A stretch of 64,000 nt of DNA from Balneolales bacterium (GTDB taxonomy: Bacteria; Bacteroidota; Rhodothermia; Balneolales; Natronogracilivirgulaceae): contig SLNO01000016.1 of assembly GCA_007132975.1 (NCBI GenBank), positions 1,600-65,599 on the forward strand, in the 5' to 3' direction. The stretch's first letter is position 1; each line of letters opens with the position of its first letter. This document shows positions 48,089 through 56,970 of this stretch, in pieces. The notes beneath the pieces are model-generated. The model worked only from the letters and a program-made list of their open reading frames with translations. It did no database searches and was not told the origin of the DNA. A program made the translations under genes and the position numbers.

Positions 48089-49144
48089 TCACCCTGTAAA
48101 GCATGATTTAAGCCAGGGATCATTCCGCATCAGATGCTCAGCTTCCGGCAGACAGTTGCGCGAGGAAAGGACGGTGTAAAAATTCTCTTTCATCCCGGGT
48201 GCAAGGCGCACAGCTTGTATCCATTCGGACAGCTTGAAGGGGTCTGAAGCTATGGCTTTCCAAAAGCCTGTCTTCTCGAATAGTCCGGCGATGGTTTCTG
48301 AATGCTTATTTTGGAGCAGGCTGACAAGATAGGCGGCAACACCGACCTGGAGACCATGCAGAGCGGGCTTGCTGCTCAATGAATCCAGTGCATGGGAGAT
48401 CAGGTGCTCGCTGCCGCTTGCGGGACGCGATGAGCCGCAAACTCCCATAGATATGCCATTGAGCATAAGTGCGGTTCCCAAAAGTCTGACTCCTTCAAGA
48501 TCACGGCGGGGACGGGCAATGAATTGAAAGACTGTTGAATCTGAAAGCAATGCAGCAAAATCGTCAACTTTTGTTCCCACAGCGTGGAATGCGAGCTTCC
48601 AGTCGGCAATGGCTGTCAGCTTGGCTACCAGATCGCCTACGCCGGAAAGCCACAGTATTTCAGGCGCTTCCAGGCAGACTTCGGTATCAATCACTACACC
48701 AAATGGCATACAGGAAGGCAGCGACTTTCGCCGACCTTCAAGGGTCAGGCTTGACTGCGGACTGCACATTCCGTCGTTGGATAGCGATGTAGGGATTGAT
48801 ATGTAGGGCAACCTGCTCAGAAAAGAGACATATTTTGCTGTATCCAGTGCCTTTCCGCCTCCATACCCCAAAATAGCCTGGGTTCCGGCAGGCAGTTTCG
48901 TAAAAAGCTCCCTGGCCTGCTCGAAGGAGGCCTCCTCAACGGCCCATTGTTGCCTGACCGAAATCTTCTCCACATCAAGTCCTTCTCGAAGGCGATGCAT
49001 GAGGTTCTCTTTCAGGCCGCTGCTGTACAGAATAACGACATCTGTAAAATCATTTCGGCGAGCATATATCCCTGCACGTCCAACAGCTCCCGCTTTGATG
49101 CGGACAAGGGTTGGTATATCAATCTGAGTGCGTTGCATATTCAC
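48089..49144 (-). CDS. egsA: sn-glycerol-1-phosphate dehydrogenase homologue (EgsA/AraM type, DHQS-like Fe/Zn-ADH superfamily)
   Basis: GYGGGKALDTAK, PTSLSNDGMCSP, GVGDLVAKLTAIADWKLA and SRPASGSEHLISHALD match the G1PDH signature regions as I recall them. Confidence 0.65.
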   Translation of the reverse strand: MNMQRTQIDIPTLVRIKAGAVGRAGIYARRNDFTDVVILYSSGLKENLMHRLREGLDVEKISVRQQWAVEEASFEQARELFTKLPAGTQAILGYGGGKALDTAKYVSFLSRLPYISIPTSLSNDGMCSPQSSLTLEGRRKSLPSCMPFGVVIDTEVCLEAPEILWLSGVGDLVAKLTAIADWKLAFHAVGTKVDDFAALLSDSTVFQFIARPRRDLEGVRLLGTALMLNGISMGVCGSSRPASGSEHLISHALDSLSSKPALHGLQVGVAAYLVSLLQNKHSETIAGLFEKTGFWKAIASDPFKLSEWIQAVRLAPGMKENFYTVLSSRNCLPEAEHLMRNDPWLKSCFTG

Positions 49145-49160
49145 TAAGCAGGAAATGGAG

Positions 49161-49823
49161 CTAATTCATATCCAGAAGAGTATCTGCAATCTGCTTGAAA
49201 TTTTCAAACAAATGGAATGGCCGGTCTTCCTTCCTGAGATGATCGGCCAGCATACCGCGGGCGAACAGTCGGTTCCCGCTGACGTGCATGGCTGCCTCAA
49301 TATCGGGCCTGCCATCACCGGCAAAGGCGGCATTCGGATCATCGGCAAGCGCTGCACGGACGATTGCCTCTTTGTCTATCCCCCTGTCGCTGCTGAAATA
49401 GCGTGAATCTGTCGGCAGAGTAAGCCTCAGGCCGTTTTCAGGAGTGAATACACCAGGGTTTGCATGCACTTCCAGCGAAAGTCCCACATTTTTCAGCAGC
49501 CGCTTGATGTACCAGCCGCAACCGGCTGAGGCTACAATGATCTTCCAGCCGGCCTCTTCCAGTCTGATAATGGAATCGAGGAGCGTTGGGTCCAGCTCCA
49601 TCCGTGCCATAACGTCATCCATGCCCTCGTAATCCGTCCTGATGGCAGCGAAAATTGACGCAAGCGCATCAAAATGAGAAATTTTCCCATCCAGGTAATC
49701 CTGCCAGTAATCATGGTCCGCAGCGGAAGGCAGATAACGGCGGGCAACCTCAAAAAAGTCGAACCTGGTCATGGTGCCGTCGAAGTCAGAAACCATGATT
49801 TTTTTTGGTTTTTCTGGAGACAT
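49161..49823 (-). CDS. HAD-superfamily (subfamily IB, MtnX/PSP-like) phosphatase
   Basis: Motif I VSDFDGTMT, motif II IVASAG, motif IV FAGDGRPD. The gene lies 16 nt upstream of the G1PDH homologue. I took the ATG at 49823; the track ORF starts at a TTG at 49880. Confidence 0.75.
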   Translation of the reverse strand: MSPEKPKKIMVSDFDGTMTRFDFFEVARRYLPSAADHDYWQDYLDGKISHFDALASIFAAIRTDYEGMDDVMARMELDPTLLDSIIRLEEAGWKIIVASAGCGWYIKRLLKNVGLSLEVHANPGVFTPENGLRLTLPTDSRYFSSDRGIDKEAIVRAALADDPNAAFAGDGRPDIEAAMHVSGNRLFARGMLADHLRKEDRPFHLFENFKQIADTLLDMN

Positions 49824-50033
49824 ACTGGTCGTGTTAAAATGGTATTCTGCTAAAATGGCGCCTTTGTCAACCGGAAACAAGACCTGTAATGAGTCAAACC
49901 ACCCATGCTGCTTCCGTTTTGCTTGTGATGCAGATCAGGACATGCGCCGCGTTGATCAGAACCGTTCTGAACTTTTTGATACCTAAACAACGAGTAGCGG
50001 AAAGATTCGGTCTGGAGTCGCATGTTCAGCCAT

Positions 50034-50067
50034 AAAAAAAGGCGAACCCGAATGAACGGATTCGCCT
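50034..50067 (-). terminator. intrinsic terminator after tRNA-Asn
   Basis: The minus strand reads AGGCGAA-TCCGTTCATTCGGG-TTCGCC followed by T7. Confidence 0.7.
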
Positions 50068-50072
50068 TCTAG

Positions 50073-50144
<72 letters not shown>

Positions 50145-50208
50145 GTGGCAGATGGAATCAATAAATGCCTCATTGACTCAGATTTTAAAGATAAAGAAGA
50201 TATGCGTA

Positions 50209-50964
50209 TCAAGTCAAGCCTAAAACGGACTCCGGATAAAAAACTTTCTCCAGGAACAGTCCGTTTGGCGGAGCAAGCGGTATGTTATCCATCTCCCGGC
50301 CGCTTTTTAACTGCTCTTCAAACCATTCGAAATCTTTCCTGTCCTGAGCCACGCTGATGAGCGCCCCGGTCAGCGCCCGCATCATCGACCGGAGAAAGCG
50401 GTTGGCTCGGATCCGCACCACTACCAGTCCGTCCGGTGTCACCTCCCGCTCTGCCAGCAGCACTGTGCACCGCGAATGGGGCAGGTCGTCGTTCTTGCGA
50501 GAAAAACCTGCAAAATCCTGTTCTCCAAAAAGAAGCTGCAGTACATCGTCGACGGTCTTCCAATCGGTCACCTCACCCGGATACCAGGCGTGTCGGCGCA
50601 GGAACGGATCCGGCTCCGTCAACAGCTGGTAGCGGTACTGTCGCCAGTGCGCGTCAAAGCGTGCATGAAAGTGCTCCGGCACCTCCCTGACTGCCTGAAC
50701 CAGTAGATCATCGGGAAGCATGCGCCGCAACCGTTCAACAAGCCAATCCGCCTCTGCCGGGATGTGTACATCGAAATGCGCGAACTGCTCTTCGGCATGG
50801 ACCCCGGTGTCGGTGCGTCCCGATCCATACAGTGCAATTTCCTCCTGAAGCATGGTCTGCAAAGCCTGCTCCAGCGTGCCCTGCACCGTCCTCGCATCCG
50901 GCTGCTTCTGCCAGCCGAAAAACTCCGTGCCGTCGTAGGCAAGCTTGATCACGTATCGAGGCAT
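50209..50964 (-). CDS. truA: tRNA pseudouridine(38-40) synthase
   Basis: KLAYDGTEFFGWQKQ and the catalytic-Asp motif GSGRTDTGVHA. Confidence 0.93.
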   Translation of the reverse strand: MPRYVIKLAYDGTEFFGWQKQPDARTVQGTLEQALQTMLQEEIALYGSGRTDTGVHAEEQFAHFDVHIPAEADWLVERLRRMLPDDLLVQAVREVPEHFHARFDAHWRQYRYQLLTEPDPFLRRHAWYPGEVTDWKTVDDVLQLLFGEQDFAGFSRKNDDLPHSRCTVLLAEREVTPDGLVVVRIRANRFLRSMMRALTGALISVAQDRKDFEWFEEQLKSGREMDNIPLAPPNGLFLEKVFYPESVLGLT

Positions 50965-51098
50965 GTCAAATGGAAACGGTTATGGGATATCAGAATTGCA
51001 ACTACTTTTGGATGGTTCAGACCCGAAGGCATGATAAAGGTCGTCAGAAAGGGGTAATGCTCAGCATTTTGGCAGTAAGATTACCAACTTGCGCACTA

Positions 51099-51917
51099 CT
51101 AAAATGTCAGTGAAAAGACCGTCCTGAAGCCCTGCCCATCCGGACCGGGAGCCAGATGGATGGATGCCTGTCCGGCCGTTACACCCCTCGCCCTACCGAA
51201 GGCACTGATGCCACTGATAAGCCGGTTGGCCACCATCAGCGCCGCCAGTGCCGGCAGCTGCTGATCCAGGTCATCCCTGCGGTTTCTCAGATCAAGGTAC
51301 TCCCTGCGCAGCGCATCGCTCTCCCACTCCCATCGGTATTGCGGTTCATCGGGGAACAGCCGGTCCAGGTTGCGGGTACGCTCCTGAAAGTCATTGTAGT
51401 CGGACAGTGATCGGTGGTTGCCCACGGCCAGCTCGAACTGGCGGTCAAGCGCGCGGATATCCGCCCCCGAAAAGGCAGCGGCATGGGTGTACATGTTCTT
51501 CTCGAGCACATAGGACTGCCGGCTGATGCCCAGATAGGATGCAATCAGCACAACCTCGGCTCCCAGGTGTATCTGTCCGCGTCGCCACCCGTCTGGATTG
51601 GCATAGTAGTGGCCCCATCCCGGCATCACAAAAGAGCGCAGCAGAGCCCCCAGCGCTGATGGGGCACGGCCCGGCTCCATGTAGCTACCCGACGACATCA
51701 CCGGCGCCGATCCCCGCAACGCATGCACTTCACGGCCAGGCGACCGGGGATTTTGCAGATCAACCTGCATGACAGGCCGCTCATATCCAGAAACGTATGA
51801 CCCTGAATAAAGGAGTCCGGTTTCACCCGTTCCGGGATTCCACGAAAATGCGATCCCGAAGGGCAGAACCACAAAGAATAAAACCAGTAATAGGTATCGT
51901 CCGAATGGATTTCGCAT
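51099..51917 (-). CDS. hypothetical exported/membrane protein
   Basis: 272 aa with an N-terminal hydrophobic segment and an internal PGWGHYY motif. I do not recognise a family. Confidence 0.5.
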   Translation of the reverse strand: MRNPFGRYLLLVLFFVVLPFGIAFSWNPGTGETGLLYSGSYVSGYERPVMQVDLQNPRSPGREVHALRGSAPVMSSGSYMEPGRAPSALGALLRSFVMPGWGHYYANPDGWRRGQIHLGAEVVLIASYLGISRQSYVLEKNMYTHAAAFSGADIRALDRQFELAVGNHRSLSDYNDFQERTRNLDRLFPDEPQYRWEWESDALRREYLDLRNRRDDLDQQLPALAALMVANRLISGISAFGRARGVTAGQASIHLAPGPDGQGFRTVFSLTF

Positions 51918-51933
51918 GCCTGCTCACTATCAA

Positions 51934-54714
51934 TTATTTCAATTCTGTTGGATGGGGACGCTGCTCTTTCTCCTGGGGATCGCCATTGGAATCCGCATGG
52001 CCGCCATCCACGGTCTCATCATCGTAATCATCGTCAGCAGCAACAGCATCATCATCCATAACGTCATCCACCCGCAGGTCTTCGTCGATCATTTCCGGAT
52101 CGCGGCCTTCTTTCTCCAGGGCTTCCCGCTTTTTCTGATCCGCCCAGCGATAGATTATGGAAACACTGAATCCAAACATAAGCAAAAAGGTGCCAAGCCA
52201 CACCACCGAGATGAGCGGTTTATGCTCTGCGGCCAGCAGGACCCACTCACGTTCCGGCTCACCCTCAACGCCACGGATCGACAGCTCAATCTCGTCAGTG
52301 TCGGGATGCACTTCCAGAAAGCGCACCGAACCGGCCGCCTGCAAGGCACCGTTGGCCTCCGGATACGTCCCGGACTGCCTGCCCGTGCCCTGATCATATT
52401 CTGTTTCATCCTCTTGTCCGGCCATTTCACCCGGAAGATTAAATGCAACAGGCGGATTGAACGCATACTGCGAACCATCGTCGGCAACCAGCGTGAAAGC
52501 CGGATGGATCTGCACCGACTCGCCGCTCTCGCGGTGCACCAGCAACAGGTCCGCCTTCACACCTATGATACTGTTGTCCGGCAGCTCGGCCTCATCCACA
52601 TATGTGAAATTATTGAAGGTGAGCGAGTATTCGCCGATCTGGACTGTCCCGCCGCGACGCACCCGGATCCTTGTCTCATCGGGATCATAGTCGGCCATCT
52701 GCGGGCCAAGCTGGTCGATGGTCTGCATGTGTCCCGGATTTTCGCGGTTCATGCGCTCGATTTCACGGTCCACAAGCGCCGAGCCGGCCACGTACATGAA
52801 AATATCGGAGAACCAGCTGGTGCGCACATCAGGGTCCACTGTCCACTCCACCGCACCAGGCGACGAGTTGGAAAGCATCGGGTAGACGGTTGGCCGCATG
52901 ACAAATGATCGGCCGGATCGCACATCCTCAAAGACAATTTCATATTCCTGCTCACCCGGACGGTTGCGCTCGGTGATGGCCCCGCTCTGATACGTGACCA
53001 TGTAGCGTCCATCGATCAATCTCGGTTTGCCCTTTTCGAGCTCTACAAATTCGATGGGCTGGTTGACGCGGAAACCGTCGTCGTCATAAACCTGTCCGGC
53101 CGCCACGGCACGGTTGTAATCGCGTGTGCGCTGGTCCACCATGGGGCGGTCGAAGCCCGAACCCAGGAAACCGATCATCAGTACAGCAAAGCCGATGTGC
53201 GTGAGCGTACCGCCGATGCGCCGGGGATTGCGGCGAAGCATCTGAATCATGACCTGCCCGTTTCCTGCCACTGCGAACACCGCGGCAAACAGGTAGACCA
53301 TCCACCAGACATTGCGCATATCGACCCAGATCACCGCCGTCAGCGTGATCACCGAGGCGATGAGCGTGGGCGTGATAAGCACGGCGGCCAGCGATTCGGC
53401 ATCGCGCCGTTTCCACCAGAGGAACTGCGTGACCACGGTCATGATGCCGATCAGCACCCCGAAAGGCAACGTCCAGTCATTGTAGAACTGCTGGTCCGGA
53501 GGCGTCGGATTGTCCACGAACAGCCGCCCCAGGATCGGGGAACTGGTCCCCAGGATGATCACCAGCCCCGACAGGAACAGCACCATGGCCCCCGAGAACA
53601 TCATGAACTCACGGCTCAGGATAGGCGACTCCTTTTTCGGCTCGGGCAGCTCGCGGTAACGGTAGGCCAGCAGGCCGAAGCCCACCCCGCCGGTGACCAA
53701 AATGAACAGCAGCAGATGGTTGTACAGCCCAAGATCCACAAAACTGTGCACCGAGGAGTCGCCCAGGATGCCCGACCGCGTCAGGAATGTCTGGTAGATG
53801 ATGGTCACGTAAGCCAAAATGGCGAAAATGATGGACGCCTTGTGCGAACTGGCGTGCTTTTTCTGGATGAGCATGGCATGGATGCCGGCCATCCCGAATA
53901 TCCACGGCACGAGCGAGGCGTTTTCCACCGGGTCCCAGGCCCAGTAGCCGCCAAACGACAGCGTCACATACGCCCAGTAACCGCCCAGGAAAATGGCCGT
54001 GAGAAGGCACAGATTGGCCCCCAGCGTCCAGGGCAAGGCGGGATGGATCCACTCGTGGTACTTGCGCTTCCAGAGCGAGGCCAGGGCAAAGGCGTAAGGC
54101 ACGGTCATCATCGCAAAACCGAGGAAGATCACAGGCGGATGGATGATGATCCAGGGGCTGCGCAGCAGGTCGTTCAGCCCGCTCCCCTCGGAAGGCACAA
54201 AATCCGGGTTGGCACGGAACACCGGCGAATCAGACATTTCCGAGGCCAGCGTGCGGAAAGGCGAGGCGCCCAGGTCCCCCCATCCGGGGATCGGAAAGCC
54301 GGAAACCATCGACAGCAGGAACACCTGCGTCAGACCCATGAACACCATCACCGGCGCGCGGTACTCGGGGGTGGTCCAGCGGATGATGGCCAGCCCGACC
54401 AGGAACGACGACAGTATCCACAAGAGCAGGCTTCCCTCCTGCCCGCTGTAAAAGGCCGCCCACAGGTAGACATTCTGAAGGTCGGAACTGGTGTAGTTGT
54501 AGACGTAGTAGTACTGGAACTGGTGCGTGAAGATCAGGTAGACCAGCAGTCCGGACGCGAAAAAGGTGAACGCTCCCTTCAGGAAAAACAGCGCATTGGC
54601 AAGCGTTTCACTCCTAACACCGCCTTTTTGTGCGGCACGGTAGTAGAACCAGGTGGAGAGAATGGCGCTGACAAAGGCGAGGGAGAGGGCGGCCTGGCCA
54701 AGGATACCGATCAT
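51934..54714 (-). CDS. ccmF: cytochrome c maturation haem lyase CcmF-like (926 aa, large periplasmic insertion and acidic tail)
   Basis: Polytopic, with the WWD-type motif WGGYWAWDPVENASLVPW. It lies directly downstream of ccmE. Confidence 0.85.
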   Translation of the reverse strand: MIGILGQAALSLAFVSAILSTWFYYRAAQKGGVRSETLANALFFLKGAFTFFASGLLVYLIFTHQFQYYYVYNYTSSDLQNVYLWAAFYSGQEGSLLLWILSSFLVGLAIIRWTTPEYRAPVMVFMGLTQVFLLSMVSGFPIPGWGDLGASPFRTLASEMSDSPVFRANPDFVPSEGSGLNDLLRSPWIIIHPPVIFLGFAMMTVPYAFALASLWKRKYHEWIHPALPWTLGANLCLLTAIFLGGYWAYVTLSFGGYWAWDPVENASLVPWIFGMAGIHAMLIQKKHASSHKASIIFAILAYVTIIYQTFLTRSGILGDSSVHSFVDLGLYNHLLLFILVTGGVGFGLLAYRYRELPEPKKESPILSREFMMFSGAMVLFLSGLVIILGTSSPILGRLFVDNPTPPDQQFYNDWTLPFGVLIGIMTVVTQFLWWKRRDAESLAAVLITPTLIASVITLTAVIWVDMRNVWWMVYLFAAVFAVAGNGQVMIQMLRRNPRRIGGTLTHIGFAVLMIGFLGSGFDRPMVDQRTRDYNRAVAAGQVYDDDGFRVNQPIEFVELEKGKPRLIDGRYMVTYQSGAITERNRPGEQEYEIVFEDVRSGRSFVMRPTVYPMLSNSSPGAVEWTVDPDVRTSWFSDIFMYVAGSALVDREIERMNRENPGHMQTIDQLGPQMADYDPDETRIRVRRGGTVQIGEYSLTFNNFTYVDEAELPDNSIIGVKADLLLVHRESGESVQIHPAFTLVADDGSQYAFNPPVAFNLPGEMAGQEDETEYDQGTGRQSGTYPEANGALQAAGSVRFLEVHPDTDEIELSIRGVEGEPEREWVLLAAEHKPLISVVWLGTFLLMFGFSVSIIYRWADQKKREALEKEGRDPEMIDEDLRVDDVMDDDAVAADDDYDDETVDGGHADSNGDPQEKEQRPHPTELK

Positions 54715-54720
54715 GGGCTT

Positions 54721-55122
54721 TTACTGCAGTTCAGATAGTTCCGGGTTAATCGCGTCGTTGTATTTGGAGGGGCATTTGACGAGCATGTCCCGCGAGACGA
54801 ACGTATCGCCGCGCATCTGCCCGATGACGACGAGCTGGTCGGCCTGCTCGAAGTTGTTCGGTTTCGGACGCGGATAGACGACCCGGCGTGTGTTTCCGTT
54901 TTCGTCGGTCATGAAGAACGTAAAGGTCATGGTCTCGGTGGAGAAGCTGGCCGGCTGGCTGCTGTCCCACGTGCCGATCACGTGCACCCGGTCGTTGTCC
55001 ATCGTGGCCGCCTCCTCAAAACAGACATAGGAAGAAATGCTCTGGCTGAAATTGAACATCACCAGGGAAGTGAAAACGACGATTCCGGCAATTCCGAATA
55101 TGAGACGTGGACGCATGTGCAA
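54721..55122 (-). CDS. ccmE: cytochrome c maturation haem chaperone CcmE, CxxxY variant
   Basis: N-terminal anchor and OB-fold-like body. The C-terminal LVKCPSKY carries Cys-x3-Tyr where the canonical His-containing motif would be. Confidence 0.8.
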   Translation of the reverse strand: MHMRPRLIFGIAGIVVFTSLVMFNFSQSISSYVCFEEAATMDNDRVHVIGTWDSSQPASFSTETMTFTFFMTDENGNTRRVVYPRPKPNNFEQADQLVVIGQMRGDTFVSRDMLVKCPSKYNDAINPELSELQ

Positions 55123-55152
55123 TACTTCTTTAGTCGTGTTTGAAAATAACCG

Positions 55153-55413
55153 TTATTCCGGGAGTTTCTGTTCCAGCCGGGAGATTTTTTTGTCCAGCCG
55201 CACCAGATAAGCGATCAGGACGAACCAGATGATCAGGCTCACGCCAAGGACCACATAGATCAGCCCCTGCGATGCCATGGCCTGCATGACCACATTGCCC
55301 TGCTCCGGACCGGACACCCCCTGCCAGAGATCGCTGTAGGCCGCCGAAAGTGTGTCCGCCGCCGAAACGGCAAGCATTGTTATGAAACTGAAAATAAAAA
55401 ACATTCCATTCAA
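55153..55413 (-). CDS. ccmD: CcmD-like small membrane protein
   Basis: 86 aa. The C-terminal TM helix is followed by RLDKKISRLEQKL, and the gene lies between ccmC and ccmE. Confidence 0.55.
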   Translation of the reverse strand: MNGMFFIFSFITMLAVSAADTLSAAYSDLWQGVSGPEQGNVVMQAMASQGLIYVVLGVSLIIWFVLIAYLVRLDKKISRLEQKLPE

Positions 55414-55471
55414 GATTTAACGTCGTTTCAAAAGGGATTATTACCTGGTGGATGGGGTTTGCGGTTCACCG

Positions 55472-56146
55472 TCAGCCGGCCTCCTTCCGCTCCAGCCGGT
55501 TTCCGAGCATCACGTATCGGTACCGGAGCTGGATGATCCACACCGCCAGGCCGATGAAGCCGATCACCGCAGGGTAGAAAACCAGCCGCAGTTCGGGGGC
55601 CGTGAGGTCGCTGAAGGCCGGGTTGCCATCCGCCCCGGGATGCAGGCTCGGGAGCTGGCGCGGGACAATGTACAGCAGGAACGGTACCGTGGTGGCGGCG
55701 AATACATTGTACACGGCGGCTACTTTGGCCCGCTTTTCCGGGTCGTCAAATGCCGAGCGCAGTATGAAATAGGCCACGTAGATCATCAACGCCATGGCCG
55801 ACAGGTTCATCTTGGGCTCGGCGAAGGTCCACCAGGTACCCCAGGTGAAGCGCGCCCAGAGCGAACCGGTCAGAAGTCCGCATAGCCCGAACAGGATGCC
55901 GATCAGGGTGGCCGACTCGGCCAGGGTATCGAAACGCATCCGATTGCTCGCCAGATAGCGGATGCTGAAGATGAGCCCGGCGGCAAAAACCACCGTCATG
56001 GTAAACCACATCGGCACGTGGAAAAACAGGTTCCGCGACGTTTCGTACAGGATCGGGATTTCGGGCACACGGATGAGAAATCCAGCCACGAGCACCGCCG
56101 TCATCCACAAAATCAACAGATACTTCCAGACAGATATTTTTGGCAT
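55472..56146 (-). CDS. ccmC: haem exporter protein CcmC
   Basis: Six hydrophobic helices and the WWD motif WARFTWGTWWTFAEPK. I placed the start at MPKISVWKY; the track ORF extends to 56197. Confidence 0.85.
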   Translation of the reverse strand: MPKISVWKYLLILWMTAVLVAGFLIRVPEIPILYETSRNLFFHVPMWFTMTVVFAAGLIFSIRYLASNRMRFDTLAESATLIGILFGLCGLLTGSLWARFTWGTWWTFAEPKMNLSAMALMIYVAYFILRSAFDDPEKRAKVAAVYNVFAATTVPFLLYIVPRQLPSLHPGADGNPAFSDLTAPELRLVFYPAVIGFIGLAVWIIQLRYRYVMLGNRLERKEAG

Positions 56147-56272
56147 GATCGTTACCGGATTTACGCGCAACAGGTTATGCGAATTCCGGCCTGACAACTG
56201 CGAATTTTGAAAATTTAATGAAGTCGCTAAATTACAAAAAAAACAGATTACAGACTACGAAAAAGCGAAATC

Positions 56273-56866
56273 ATGACGGAAAATGACCAATTGTCCATGA
56301 AACAAAAGACTGAAAACGCGACCGCTGCCAGCGACCCTGATGATCAACGCTATGAGCTGCGTCCCGACTGGCGCATCTTCCTGCCGCAATACGTGGCAGG
56401 CGTGCTGCTGGCGCCCCTGCTGCTGGGCATCTGGATCATCTACGTTTACCGGCGCAGATGGTTTGCCATGCGCCTGGTGGTAACCAACAGCCGCGTGGAA
56501 CACCATACGGAAACGCGGACCGCGAACGTAATGCTGCACGAGATCACCTCCTGCGAGGTGCGGTTCAGCGGTTTTCCGGCACGGTTCGGACTTGGGAGCA
56601 TCTTGCTGCGACACGACGGGGAAACTCTGGAACTGCCCGGCATCTCAGATCCGGAACCGGTAGCCGTGTTGATCGAGCGGGCGGCGGAATCGGAACGCGA
56701 CAGGATGAGGCTGCGCGCCTCGATCGAAAAAACCCGGCCTGCACATCCAACCGGCACGCTCGAGAGAAAAAACGAGCTGGTCGGACTCTGGCAGCAGGGG
56801 CTCATCTCCGAGGAGGACTATCAGCGTGAGCTGAAGAAATTTGAGGATGCGGATCCCGGCGGGTAA
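56273..56866 (+). CDS. membrane bPH (YdbS/YdbT-like PH) domain protein with C-terminal SHOCT domain
   Basis: Two TM helices, then the bPH-like region VVTNSRVEHHTETRTANVMLHEITSCEV...ILLRHDGETLELPGISDPE. C-terminal SHOCT-like LWQQGLISEEDYQRELKKF. Confidence 0.65.
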   Translation: MTENDQLSMKQKTENATAASDPDDQRYELRPDWRIFLPQYVAGVLLAPLLLGIWIIYVYRRRWFAMRLVVTNSRVEHHTETRTANVMLHEITSCEVRFSGFPARFGLGSILLRHDGETLELPGISDPEPVAVLIERAAESERDRMRLRASIEKTRPAHPTGTLERKNELVGLWQQGLISEEDYQRELKKFEDADPGG

Positions 56867-56970
56867 CTCCGTGTTCCACCGGAAACCCGCCTGGTCACCC
56901 CGCCAGACCCGCAGCGGCAGTGCAACTTGCTTACAACTGACGAAGTAACGGGCGGGCCCCATGCGGGAAT

